Shown piece by piece: positions 1-13,260 of a stretch of 64,000 nt of DNA. The notes beneath the pieces are model-generated. The model ran no database searches. It saw only the letters and a list, made by a program, of their open reading frames with translations, and was not told the origin of the DNA. This stretch comes from Vicugna vicugna (taxonomy: Eukaryota). The position numbers were made by a program, and so were the translations under genes. The DNA lies in NCBI GenBank assembly GCA_013265495.1, contig MU058337.1:4940716-5004715 (forward strand), written 5' to 3'. Numbering within the stretch: position 1 is the first letter of the stretch; each line of letters opens with the position of its first letter.

Positions 1-858
1 CGCAGGATAACTGCCTCACCCAGAAGTGTGTCTCCAGCTCTGTCTCCAATTTTCCATCTCTGTCCAATGCTTGGGCCACCAGGGCAGTGAGCTGGACAGA
101 ACGGCAGGGCCCACGCAGGTCCATTCCGTAATCTCAGAGATTCCCTTTTGGGGTAAGCCATCCCCGGTGGTGTAGCAATGCTGAAGTTTTCCTCTAAGGT
201 CTGGAGTATCTTATGTTTGCCAGACTTTTATATTCTGCATCCCAAGGCCTTTGTATTTTGAAAGCTATATAGGTAATAAAAATTGCAGAAGTGTTGAGAA
301 TACGCAGTTAATAAGCAAAGGTTTCCTCTTCCCCTGTTACTGCTGCTGAGCTGATGCAATTTTGTCATTAGAAATGTCCCTGGTACCCAGTGCTCCCCTG
401 ACCGTTACAGTTTTACTTTCTGGATGGTTCATTGTTGTCGGGTCAAGTGAAGCCAAGACTTAAGTAGTACAATATTAGGTCCTTTTTTGCAACAGCTTCA
501 CCAGCAACTCAGCCTGAGCATAAAATTTTCATATCTGCGTGGGTTTTCCTTCTGCCCCACGATAGTAGTAGCAAGGGGTTATTTCAGCACAGTCTCCTTA
601 AATTCATTCATGTATAACACAAATATACCTATTTACTTACTTTTTGGAAAGGAAACTCAGAACTTCGCTGTATGTCCTCACAGTTGACTAGCTTCATAAC
701 ACTGTTCCTTTTTTTTTTTTTTAATTTTACTCTTTCACCCGACACAATGGCCACTTGTTGTCTTCTGAGGTAGGCTCAATGATATTTTTTTTCTTAAAAA
801 TCGAATGCCAGGAAATACCCCAAATCTCACCTGCAAGGCCTCTCTCATGCATTCCTAT

Positions 859-860
<2 letters not shown>

Positions 861-901
<41 letters not shown>
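861..901. repeat. (CA)20 microsatellite
   Basis: Perfect CA run. Confidence 0.98.
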
Positions 902-903
<2 letters not shown>

Positions 904-1593
904 CAGCCCCGCCCAGGCGTGGACGCGGGGCCTCCCTCTGCCTCTTGCTGAGCAAACCTCGGCAAGTCTGTTAACACCCGGAGACCTCTCTGCAACTGGC
1001 TGGACAAGATGATTTGGAAGAATACTTTGTAGCTTTGAATTCTCTTGCTCATTCATCTAGAAGCCTATATATGGGTTAGGCTAGAGAAAATCAAGACGGA
1101 GCTACGTTCCTTTGCCACAGGGACTGTATTCACGTTAAAACGGCATCTACAGAGTAGAACTGTCCCTTCAACGTTCTGTTCGCAGTGTCTGTATCCCTGT
1201 CCCCTGTCCCCTATCCCAAAATCCCGTCCCCTCACATGTCCCCAAACCCTGTGCTGTCCCATTGACTTTGGTCCCAGGCTTCCTGTTGGCTGGTCACTAA
1301 ACACAGCCTGAAGATACTTGGTTAATTACCCCTGTGTATTACATTTATTTCACCTCTTATAATTTATTGTCCAAACAATTGCCATCTTACCTATTGTTCA
1401 AGTTTGAGACAATTGCAGCTGAGGGTGCTTTTATTGTCCCCTCCCTTCTTCCCTCTCCCCTTCTCTGTGTTCAAGTGTGAGAAAGGGAAAGTATGTAGTG
1501 TGTGTGTATGTGAGTGTGAATAAAAGATTAATGTGAAGCATGCTAGGTGATGCAGATATCACATGAAGCTTTATAAAAACAAAATAAGTACTA

Positions 1594-1647
1594 ATATATA
1601 TATACACACACATATATATACACATATATATACACATACATATATAC
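1594..1647. repeat. Compound (TA)n/(CA)n low-complexity repeat
   Basis: atatatatatacacacacatatatatacacatatatatacacataca... Confidence 0.85.
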
Positions 1648-3129
1648 GTACTTAAAGTTGGTGTGCTCACACATGTGAATATTGAGACAGAAAATGAAAA
1701 AACAAGCCTACTTAGATCTCTACTAAAAGTCAATTTCATGCCTCCCAGGACTTCTAGAATGCAGTTTTTCAGGTGCCTTTATTTGTTTTTTCTTAACAAA
1801 TCTCTTTCTATTTTTCTGGGGTTGGCATCTGAACAGATTTTTTTTTTTTAATTTAAACTTTACTGCTTAAGACCCGGTCTCACTAGCTACTGAGCCAAAA
1901 CCCATTTGAAAGGACTAAAGCTTCAATGAGGAAATATGGAAACAATGACAAGCCTGGAAAAAAAGGTGTAACTAAAATGAGTGCTCCCCCCACCCTCACC
2001 CAGACACGCACAAACATAGTCTGCAACTTAAATGGATGTTAAGGTGCCCATAGAAAACTCAGTCTTCAATTTTAAGTCCTTTAGGTAATATTGATCACTT
2101 TCACGATGAACAGCATACCATGCCCCTAAGTAGCAACTGGAATGTGTTTAAAGAGAGTGAAAAAGAAAAGAAAAACAAACAGAAAAATGGAAAAAGTAAT
2201 CGACATTGCAGCTTTGGATGGACTAGAAAAAATTAGACCATTGCATGGTAACCAGTTGGAATTGACAGTGGCAGCAAGCTTTCTTTGGAGGTGAAAGAGA
2301 AACACTAAATCAGTGCAAGTTCTCAAGTTTAAGAAGTTGAATTAGTCAAACATAGGATTAAAGCTATTGGATTTGTATCAGAAGTGCTGGTTTTGAAAGT
2401 GGGCTAGAGTAATGCATTTGTGATCAGCATCAGCCAGGGAAACTTTAAGGTACTCAAACACCATGACGAGATTTGGAACAGGAAAAACATTCTTTGGTAA
2501 AAATCTCAATAAATAGTAATTTTCCTAGTGAAGAAAATCATTCTAAGTCAAGAGGATTCCCTTGTGCCTCAGGGGGTTGGTTATTCTGTGGTTATTAGCA
2601 CTTGAATCCAAGGTAATTCCATTTGAAGAGTAAATTATATGCGAGTGGTTTGATTAAACATACTGGTTTCATGGCTGCTGTATCAGTATTGGCTGCAGGC
2701 ATCTTGTCTCATGCATATCCTGCTGTTGGATTTCAAGTTGCAGTTAAGAAACCGCATAACACAAAAGGGAATTCTTAATGTTTGTCTGTTGGGTTATTCT
2801 TAAGAAATATATGAGCCCCGTTAATTCAAATACATCTGAATACCATAAAGAAAACCTTAAATTTAAACATGTGCCATCAGGAAGCTAAAAAACGAGGACG
2901 TAACCAAAAGGACAGAAAAAATAACATAAAGAGGGAGGAAGATGTCTAAAATGCTGAAGGTACATTCAGCAAGCAGAATTCTTAAGGTTGAGACCTTATA
3001 CTCCCTTCTATGTATTCTGGCAAAGTGTCTGGTGCTCGTTAAGTGTCTGTCGACTTGAATAATCTAACGGTGTTTCTAAACCGATAAACCTAAGATACTC
3101 CTATTGTTGCAAGTAAATATAAGGCAGCC

Positions 3130-3270
3130 ACCATCTTAGCTCATCAAACTTGCGCATTATCTACAGTGAAACTCATACAAAATCTTCAAATTAGACAACC
3201 TCATGCCCATTTTTAAGGGAAAGAATGGAAACGTATGGCTATTAGTCATTTTTCCTGGGTCATATAGGAG
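3130..3270 (-). mobile_element. Degenerate MIR-like SINE fragment
   Basis: cccatttttaagggaaagaatggaaac...attagtcatttttcctgggtcatatag resembles the antisense MIR core. Confidence 0.4.
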
Positions 3271-3869
3271 TACGGGGTTAAAACCCTGTGTTTTTAGATT
3301 TCTGTGAGGGTTGCTCCTTTATGATACAGCTACCTTCTCCCCTGAAGTTTCTTGAACAAGAAAAATGTTCAGGGAACATTGTTCCCAACCAGGGTTGCAA
3401 ATTACCCATTGAGAAGTGGGAGGGAATTGCTAAGAATTATGGCTTTAGTTCATCTTCTCCCATCTCTTCTTTCTCTTATATGCTTCTATTCAATTATAGA
3501 CAATTCCATTCCTTTTCTTTTTTTTCCCCCAGAAAGATTTTCTTCACTCTTATTGCTTCATAAATTTTTCAAGACTGTAAAACCTAGGAGACAACCCAAC
3601 AGAATAAATGTCCTTCCCCAACTTGTAGGAAAAAGTATGATTCTTGTTTTTGTCCATCATAGCTTGGATTTTTTAAAAAGACATTTGTTTTTCTATTGAT
3701 TAGAAAATTCTCTCATCATTTCTCATGTAAGACTACAGTTGAAGACGTAAAAAATTCCTAGAGTGAAGCACTTCCAGAGGCTTTTTAAATGACCTTGAGA
3801 TTGAAGGTGGTATGTATATTCATCTATTTCCTGAATTTTATAGCAGTTTTTATATTCGAAGTGGTATCT

Positions 3870-6800
3870 CAATTTTAAAATAAGTATTTTATTGACATAA
3901 AACATACACATTGAAAAGTGCTCAAATCACAGGCAACTTACTGAATTTTCACGAGATGAATACTCTTGTATAAAGACCATTTGGATCCAGATAAACAGTG
4001 CCCCAGAAACCCCATTTATATGAAAATCAGTAAACCCTAAACATGGGCACTACCTTGACTTCTAACACAATATGTTAGTTCTCTCTATTTCAAAACGTTA
4101 TAAAAATGGTATCATGCAGCATGTGCTTTTTGTTTCTGCCTTCTTTTCCATTCCATTATGTTTGGAGATTTATTAATGTTATCTCTGGGAGTAGTTCATA
4201 ACATCTGTAGCAGTATCTCCCTTTTTCCCAATATTGATAATTTGTGCCTTTTCTTGAAAACGTATGACTTGCTTGTACAAAATACACATTTTGTTAACAT
4301 ATATTGTATTTTAGTCTTTTTCAAAGAAGACACTTTAGGCTTAGTTGACTTTTTTCTATTATATATTTTTTGTTTGATGAATTTCTGTTCTTAACCTTAT
4401 TTCCCTCTATTTTCTATAGGTTAAATTTGTTATTTTTTAACTTCTTGAGAGTATAAATTGTAAGTTTGTTATTTAAGCCTTTAAGGAATTTTAGTATACA
4501 TTTAAGACTACAAATTTATCATAAACATGGTACCTGTAAGCATTTATCTTTCTCTGCATTGCACAAGTTGTGCTGTGTTATATTTTACTTTTCCTTTTAG
4601 TAAGCTATTTTTTAATTCCAGTGGTGATTTCTTCTTTTACTCGTGATTCTTTAAAAGTGTTTAATTTTCAGACATTAGGGATTGTCTAGTTTTCTTTTCA
4701 TAAAAATGAATCACTAAATTTCTAGGGTAAATCCACTGTAATCAGAGCACAAATGAAATATGCAGATTGAAAACAAAATGTTTATATTTTTTCAGTTGGC
4801 AGGTGGAACATTTTATCTGTATCAGTTACATCAAGTTGGTGAAGTATGTAGTTCAAATTTTCCTTTTTAGCAACTTATTCTCTACATTTGTCAGTTACTG
4901 AAATAGCTATGTTAAGAATCTCCTGTATGACTGTAGATCTCTTGCAGATATTCCCTTTTATCACATCATCTTGCTTTTCTGCTTTAATGTTTATTTTGTT
5001 TGCTATCAGTATAACTACGCTAGCCTTCTTTCATTTAGTATTAGTATTTGCATGGCGATGATTTTTCATACATTTAATTTTTCTATATCTTTATTCATAA
5101 TGTGGACATCTTATACATAAAGGTTTATTTTGTTTTGTTTTAGCTTTTGTTTTAAATACACGTTGATAATCCCTGACTTTTAATGGGAATATTTAGTCTA
5201 TTTGCATGTAATGAAATTACTGATACAGTTGAGTTTAATCATAACATCCTAACATTTGTTTTCCCTTTGTCCAACCAATTCTATGTTCCTTTTGCTGTTG
5301 TTGTTTGCTTGTATTCTTTTAATGTGTTGAGAAGAGAATATTTTCTTATTATTCCATTTTCCACCATTATTAGCTTGAGGTTTATAAATCCATTACAAAT
5401 ATCTTAGTGATTGCTCTGGATATTGTCTGTTTTAATGTGGACTTAATAGAATCTAATACAAATTTGAATCCTTTCCACTTTTGAAACAATATTAGAACCT
5501 TAGTATACTTTCCCACTTCCTTTCTAGTTTTTTGTGTACTATTGCCAAGCTTTCACTTCTATGTATGTATGAAATTCATAAGAAATTATTTTTTATTGTT
5601 TAGTGCACTAAATATTTACTTAGATCATTGTGCTTTTCATTGCTTTTTATTCCTTCCTTCAGGTTGGTGTTTGTGCCTGGGAATTTTTTCCTTCTGCCCT
5701 TTTTTAGTAGCAATAGTAGTAGTAGTATCTTAGTTTGGTCTAGTGGCTGTGAATTCTGTCCATTTTGTTTGTGTGGAAATTTTTTCATTATGTCTTTATT
5801 TTTGAATAGTATTTTTACCAGTCATAGAATTCTAAACTGCAAGTTATTTTCTATCATCGTTGTAATAATGTCATTCTATTGTGTTCTAGCTTCTATTACT
5901 TCCTCTTGAAAATTCAGCTGTCATCTCATTGTCACTCATTTGAAGGGAACATGCATTCACTTTTCTCTGGTTTTTAAAGAGATTTTTCTCTTGTCTTTAT
6001 TTCAGCAACTTTATAATGATGTGTCTCGGTATAGTGTTTCTCTTGCATGAGGTTTGCAGCACATTCTGAACCTGGGATATGTGGTTTTTACATCAACGTC
6101 AGAATGTTTTTTAATTACATTCAAATATTACCATTCTCTCACTTCTGTCTTTCTAGGACTTCAGTTACATTTATGTTAGTCCTTTTCATTATGTCTCCCG
6201 TGTTCTTACTCCCTTTTCCAGATTTTGTACATTTTTCTGTTCTGTGCTTTTAGTCTGTAAACTTTCAACTGAGTTATTTTCCATTTATTTAATTCTCTCT
6301 TCTTCTACTGTTAAACTCATCTGTTGAATTTTCTTTCCATTATATTTTTCTTTCCATTTGAGAAATTTCATGTGATTATTTCAGTTCTCTGGTTAGAGTG
6401 CCATCATTTCTTCTATTTTTGTAAATACAGTAATCACAGTTATTATAAAGTCTGTGTCTGTTAATTCTAATATCTGGAACATCTAAGAATCTGTTTTTAT
6501 TTGCTGTTTCTCTCTTGGATCTGGTTGTGTTTTCTTTGGTAATCTGGCAATTTTTATTGAGTGTTAAACGTTTTGGGTAGAAAACCATAAAGACTGTCTA
6601 TGATTTTATCTTCCTTGGAGAGGATTTTTTTTACTTTTTGCAAATAATTAGAGTAGGGTCAGAAAACCCCAATTTATTCTAGTATGAAATATATTTGAAG
6701 CTGGTTTTCAAGTGTGTGTGTGTGTGTTGTCTGTTTCTGGATTGTATTTTGGCTAAAATAGAGCTTTATACAGGTTACAACTGAAAGCCTGGATGTTTAC

Positions 6801-7070
6801 CAAGGCTGCTACTCATTGGCAAGCCCCAAGCTCCAATTTTTGTCTCTTTGGCATTGTGGACTGCCAAAATCCCTGCTCTGGTTTTCAGCCTTTTTCCTTC
6901 CTCTGCTCTGAAATAGCAAGTTCTGAGAGAACAAGTGATGTACAATACTGTGCTCAGCTCCACGTGTTTCCCTTGTCTTTGGGATGTTGTCCTTCAAGTC
7001 CTGGTTGCCCGGGAAGCTCTCCAGGACCTTCAACCAAATTTATTTCTTTTCTTTACTTTTTAGAAGCATC
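3870..7070 (-). mobile_element. Ancient fragmented LINE-1 (L1M/L1ME-type), antisense to FGF14
   Basis: 3870-4200 resembles the antisense L1ME 3' end (ttttattgacataaaacatacac...aaatggtatcatgcagcatgtgcttttt...ttctgccttctttt). It is followed by about 3 kb of strongly T-rich, L1-like sequence. Subfamily not determined. Confidence 0.7.
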
Positions 7071-7964
7071 CAAGTTGGTCTTGTACTAGTTAGTTGGTCA
7101 CAATTAGCAATGAAATTTGTTTCCTAATATTAAATCATAACTCACAGAGAAACTGGCAATTAGGAAATATTTTGGTTTGGGTCCCTATTTCCTGAATATA
7201 GAAAGAAAATCATTATCTTGATAAAATTTGACAGAGTTGTTGGAATACATAGTGTGAGCACCAATTCGGTTACAAATTTTCTTGTAAGTCATTTGATTTT
7301 GTTGGAAGAAAATTCTTGAGCAGCTTTTTATTTTATTTCATCTTTTGAAACAGTGCCTACTGACTAAATTCACTTCAGTTCTGATTTCTAATAAGATCTG
7401 GGGCAAAGATGGATTGTTTTTGTCAATAATTGTTTCTGGATGTAAATCTTCTGTATATTATATGTGTCATGCTATTATATTGCTTGCATTGCTGGAATTA
7501 CTTCAAGCCTTTTGCATTCTGTTGTAAAAATTGGGTTATTTTTTCATTTTCCAAATTCATTCCCTGGCAGTTGTTAACAGCAACAAGGTTGTAGATTATT
7601 AAACCTCCTTCCAGAATGTTAAAAACTGTGAGTTTACCTTGCAAAGAATAATATAAACATTTGTATATGTTCTAAATGTGACTTAGTACTTAAAGTTTAC
7701 AAGAAAGATAAAATGGTAGCGTCCATGCTCCAGGCTACTAAAACTCTGGGAAACTATTTTATTCTTATTCATAAACAACCTGAAAAGACTAGAGTCCCCT
7801 TGACAAGGAGTCAGAGTCTTTCTGCTTGAATCCTGTGAAACGCTTTGATGCTGGTGCCAGCCTCGGCCCCCCCCCTCCCCAGCTGTCTTGGTTTTACAGA
7901 GCTCTTTCAGATTAGGGCTGTGTATTTTTGAATAAATGACTCAGTTGCTCTAATCTTCAGTATC

Positions 7965-8080
7965 TTTATTGGTCAAGTAAGTTAACATAATGATATCTCT
8001 TTTGTTTGCCTCAAAAGTAAGACTCAAATGAGATAATGCCTGTGAAAGTGCTTTGTAAATTGCCAAACTCCATCTACATA
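7965..8080 (+). mobile_element. MIR-family fragment
   Basis: ggtcaagtaagttaac...ctcaaatgagataatgcctgtgaaagtgctttgtaaattg matches the MIR 3' part. Confidence 0.55.
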
Positions 8081-10379
8081 CAATGAGGGGCAAACCCTGG
8101 ACCTGGGTGAAATATCTCACTGCGTCTACTGACCAGGGCTCTCTTCTTCTATATGCATAGACAGCAACACATCTCCCAGCACGTTAGATCTCTCAGTTCT
8201 TTGCCAGGAATATTAACATAAGTCAGTTTGGAAATCTAGGCTAGAGGGAAAACGTAAAGATTATCGGTTACTTACCTTCACATTTCTTATCTTTATTTGT
8301 GCTGTAATATCTGTGTCTCTCCTAGGAGGACTTTAAAAAAAATCATTCATGAACTTGAATAAATTCAATAATCTTATTGTATAGATAAGGTAACCCACAA
8401 ATATAGATAAAGCCCAAATAGGTAAATTTTCCTATTATGGACTTATGGTGAGTCATTGTCAGAGCCAGATAAAAAATGATTCTAATTCATTTTATTGAAG
8501 TACCGTGAGTATGACACAACATTGCATTATTTCAGATAAAACATACACACATTGCTGCCTGTGTGCACATGTATATATACAGAAAAACATTTTACTCAGG
8601 TTGTACGGAAGGATCTGACCTCATTTTTCATCACTTCCTTCATCCAAAGTGGATGTCCTCTGCACTCAGATACCCCTGTGTTCAGGCATCAGTATCTTCC
8701 TGTTGGACTCTCTTGCTGCCCCTCAGCTGGCATAGTCTTCTCTACTGTGGAGTCACACTATGAGGAGATCTGACTATTAGAACCCGAAGTCTATGAATAG
8801 GATCCAGAAAACTGTTGAAGAACAGAGTGAGGCCCGATGAGCAGCAGTGAAACGCACAGGATGTGCAAAAGGAGCAGGAAGCTCCGGAACGCAGCCCGGA
8901 ACAAAGAGAAAAGGCGCAGCACCTTCGTGTGAGCGCCACGGCTCTCAGCTCCACACTCCGGGCTGCGGGGAGGATTGGTTTTGAAATAAAAAGCAAAATG
9001 TCTAGGTGAGACTGACTTGGTGGCAGGAGCACAAAATGATAATGCTCGGGGACCATTACTGTGCTGCTTCAGTAGTGGACAGAGTGCTTTCTGCTGGCGA
9101 GCCTGCTTGCAAAGGGGTGCACGTACTCTTGGGGAACGAGCGGTATGTGGCGAGGGTATGCGAGCCCATAGGTACATCTTTGTGCAGCATCAATTTCAGT
9201 TAAGTAAATTTTAGATATTTTATATCAAACAAAACCAGATTACTGAGTAGAAAACAAGAGTCAAAGAGACTCCTGCTTCCTGGGTGCTATTTGGAGCTTC
9301 GTCCCTCAGATTCACCGGTAAATAAGACAACTTAACTTGCTCCACTATTAAAAGTCCTTAAGTAAAAATAAGAATCACTGGTGATTTGTGCTGTAGACCA
9401 CCTAGGCACTCTGCATGGTTCTCACCAGTCCCTCCTTTCACTTTCTGGCTTTCTGAATACCAAATATCAGATGCTGCCCTTTCTAATTCCTAGTGCAAAG
9501 TATCCAAAGTTGATTATTTGCAGACTGATGTATTCTTGCCTTCTACATTTTAATTTGCTAAAGTTACTTTTCTTGGACAGCTGTGTTTGGCCCTTCTAAT
9601 GAGAGTAATTATTTTTCATCTGGCTTTAATAAAAGGTCTCACAAATTTGCCTAGCATGAAAGAACATGTTATAGTCGCATCCAGGATAGGAACAAAGCAT
9701 GTTTACAGTGTAAACCCAACTTTGAATGAATGAACAGGGGAGGAAATAAAGGAAGAAATGGAGAAGAAATGCATAAAATGCTTCACCTAGCAGGATTATA
9801 TACTGAAACTGATGACATTACTTTGTAAAGGACTTAAGGAATTTGAAAGAATATTAAATTATCAGACATCAAAAATTATTGAAAATCCAATTGTTTTTTA
9901 AAAAATGTTACCTAATGTACTTTGGGAAAAGTAAACTGATCCTTCCCAAGCAGTCATTAGGAGATGAACGGCGTGTAAGTTCTCTGAGTCACGTACCCAC
10001 ACCAATACTGTGACAAAGGAAAGCATGCTTAGACCTTGATTTAAGGAAATTCAGAGATAGATAATAATGTTAACTGAGTCTCAAGAGTTGAAATTATCAA
10101 AAATGTATTAAAGAAAGAATTTATTTTGAGTCCCAAATTAGTGATTTCAAAAAAATTTCCATATTGGATAAATGAATATTCTTTACCTGGCCCTTAAATG
10201 GGAAAAAAAAAAAAGTGTTTTCTCCTCTGCTGGACTCTGTTGTCTTAGGTTACAGTAGTGTTAAGATTTTTTCTTTTTCCATACTGGGTGCTCAATAATA
10301 CAAATGCAAACTGTGCTGGAAATGCAAAATTAGAAGATGAGTAGTATTAGAATAACAAAGTGCAAATATTTTTGACAGT

Positions 10380-10510
10380 TTTTTTTTAAGTCTTTTTTTT
10401 TTTTATTTATAGGTTTATTTATTTATTTTTGATGAAGGTCTTCGGGATTGAACCCAGGACCTCGTGCATGCTAAGCAGGCACTCTACCACTGAGCTATAC
10501 CCTCCCCTCC
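10380..10510 (-). mobile_element. Camelid vic-1-type tRNA-derived SINE
   Basis: Reverse complement reads GGGGAGGGTATAGCTCAGTGGTAGAGTGCCTGCTTAGCATGCACGAGGTCCTGGGTTCAATCCC (A and B boxes) plus an A-rich tail. Flanked by an approximate TSD, atat(tt)ttgacagt. Confidence 0.9.
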
Positions 10511-11403
10511 ATATTTGACAGTCTGGATTACTGACACCATTATTACTGAGTAGAATTCCTCCTCATCTTCCTTCCTTCCTCTTTTTAATCTTAAAGTAAA
10601 GAGAAACTTATTAGATATCCAAAACCATTATAGGAGATTTGATAAGCTCAATTTCCCATTTGACATGTACTCTAATGTAATAACAGTCTGTCAACAGGCA
10701 TAAGGCAAGCCGTGTCGTGTGATACTGAAGAGCATCTTGGCACAGGTGGTACCTGAGAGTGAGCATTCTCACTCACAGCATCAGGCAGCAGCCCTGCGGG
10801 TGGGGGCGGGACTTCATTTCTCATCCTGCTTCCTTGCCCTTCAGACAAGGATGGGTCTCTTTTAGTTCCTCTGAAAATTTGGGGTTCACTGCACTAACAG
10901 GTAATCCCTGAGATTCCGTCTGCCATGACAATGGCCTTATACAGGTGGTGTTTCTTCAGTTAGTGGTGCCAGCAAACAAAACAAAGTGTCAATACAGTAA
11001 TCACACAAAGGCAAATTTAAAGGTTTACTACTCTCATGCAAGTCTTTTCATTTTTCTGTATTCTCTTTCTTACTTGTACATTACTTTAATCATCACGTGG
11101 AAACAATCCAGTCTTAGCTGGAGTTAGTAAATCTCATCTGAGGTAAGTAAGGTATGTAAAAGCGCCTTTAGAACTCGACGGTCCATTTCCAAGGCGAAGG
11201 AAGCCTGCTGTCAAAATCTTTCTTAAGTATCTTTCCATATGTCTGCAAGGGGGAAGGTGTGTTAAAGCAAGACAGGAAAGGCAGGGGGAGGCTGTGGTAT
11301 TCAGTGAAAGAGCTCTCACAAACACAGAGGGCCTACTTGTGTGCTGCCTCGCAGAGCTAAAGGCACAGTCCCTCCCGCTGAGATGCTAATGCTGCAGTGC
11401 AAG

Positions 11404-11883
11404 TGTATTGATTTCTTACTGCTGCTGTAACAAGTTTCCACAAATCTGGTAGCTTAAAACAACACAAACGTATTATTTTATTGTTCTGTAGGTTAGAATT
11501 CTGATGTGGATCTCACTGGCTGAAATCAAGGTGTCACTAGGGCTGCATTCCTTTCTGGAAGCTCTAGAGGAGAATCCACTTTTTTCCTTTCCGACTTCCA
11601 GAGGCCATGTGGATTCCTTGGCACGTGGCTCTTCCTCCATCCTCCAAGTCAAGAGCGTTGCATCTGTCTGATAATTATTCCATAATCACATCTCCCTTTT
11701 TACTTGCTTTTTCAGGCTCCTTGCTATTACACTGGACCCATCCAAACAATCCAGGATAATCTCACCATGGTCCTTAGCTTAACCTCCTAGCACAGGTCCT
11801 TTTTGCCATAGAAGACAATGTATCCATAGATTTCAGGGAATAAGATGTGGACATTTTGGGGGAGCCATATTCTGTTGACCACA
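11404..11883 (-). mobile_element. MaLR solo LTR (MLT1D/MLT1C-like)
   Basis: TG...CA ends. Reverse complement begins TGTGGTCAACAGAATATGGCTCCCCCAAAATGTCCACATC. Contains typical MLT1 text (gcttaaaacaacacaaa; aatcaaggtgtc...agggctgcattcctttctgga). Near 5-bp TSD gcaag/acaag. Confidence 0.88.
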
Positions 11884-13065
11884 ACAAGTCAGTCTCATGA
11901 ACAGACAGTCACAACCAACACAGTCAAAGAAACAGCAGCACTTGGCCGCAAGGGGTATGGTGAGGCATATGCAAGATGACTTCATGCAGCGCTGGGTGCA
12001 GTGGCTGGGAAGGTCCTGGGAAAGGTGGTACTGGGTGGACAGGTGATAACAGGGTGAAGAGGAAATAGCCATTTGAAAGATGCAGAGGCTGGCTGTAGAA
12101 AGCAGGTAGCCAATGCAGAGAGCAAGCCTCTGCTAAAACTCATCCTATCATTTCTGCCACCCAAATAGCTCTTGCTTTTATGCATTTGTCACCGTCCCTC
12201 TGCCTTCACCTCAGAGAAAGGCCTTGTCACCTACAGCATGGTCACAGGGATGGTATTTTGACTGCATGCATCATACGTATCTGACAGTCCAGCAACTGCA
12301 GGACCTCTCTTAAATATCTCCACAGGATTTTGTCACTGGTCTGCTTTAATTCGGTGACCTACCACATCCTCAGGATAGAATTCATTTTTGACACAATGAA
12401 CCAGAGCTCCCAAGATTGGGACACTTACCCGCCATTTCTCCTCCTTTAGAAGGATGTATGAGATGCATGGAACATCCTGTGACAAGTTTTTCATGTCCAC
12501 TTTAGAGGGAGATTTGGGAGGCTATGTTTCCTCAAACCACATAGCCGAGAAGTGCCTGACGTCCCAGTGGGCTTCCCGTTGCACCGTAGTAAGGCCAGTC
12601 CACTGTCCAACAGCAGCACTGGTTCTTGGAGATTTCAGGGATTCAGGAACAAACTTCCTCACTGTTTTCTGCAAATTCATTTTTCCTTAAACCAGATAAC
12701 ACCAGGATTAGGGTATTTTGGGGGCATGTTAGTGAGTCATAACAAGTTTAATTCCTTTCACTTTACGTGTTCAATGGCCCACATAATTGCAAAGCATAGG
12801 CGCTTCCTCTCTGCTGTTAAGAGAATTATCAAGTTAAGAATGTCTTGATCTTAATTAGCTTTTACTAAGCCTTTTCTGATGCCCAAATAATATATGTGGC
12901 TAAATGGTAAACAAAGTGAGGACCATTTTCCTTTGTTCCTAAAACACTTCTTAAAGAATACACAAAGAGAAGTTTTGGGGAAATCTTCATGTTAAAATTC
13001 TTTATTTTTCTGTATTTTCCTTAAGGGAAAATTATGGATTTGAATAAAGGACATATTTAAAAACA

Positions 13066-13260
13066 TTTTTTAATTGAATTATAGTCAGTTACAACGTGTC
13101 AATTTCTGGTGTACAGCACAGTGCCCCAGTCATGCATACACGTACATATATTCGTTTTCATAGTCTTTTCCATTAAAGGCTATTTATTACAAGATATTGA
13201 ACATAGTTCCCGGTGCTATACAGAAGAAATTTTTAAATCTATTTTTATATATAGCAGTTA
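13066..13260 (-). mobile_element. 5'-truncated artiodactyl-type L1 3' end
   Basis: tttttaattgaattatagtc...tttctggtgtacagc...ttacaagatattgaacatagttccc.gtgctatacag; homologous to the copy at 53850. Degenerate TSD taaaggacatattt / taagggacgtattt. Confidence 0.8.

Noticed and set aside
10440..10510. tRNA-Ala-like sequences (also at about 46900 and 58790)
   Set aside because: They have A-rich tails, TSDs and imperfect acceptor stems, so they are SINEs rather than tRNA genes.
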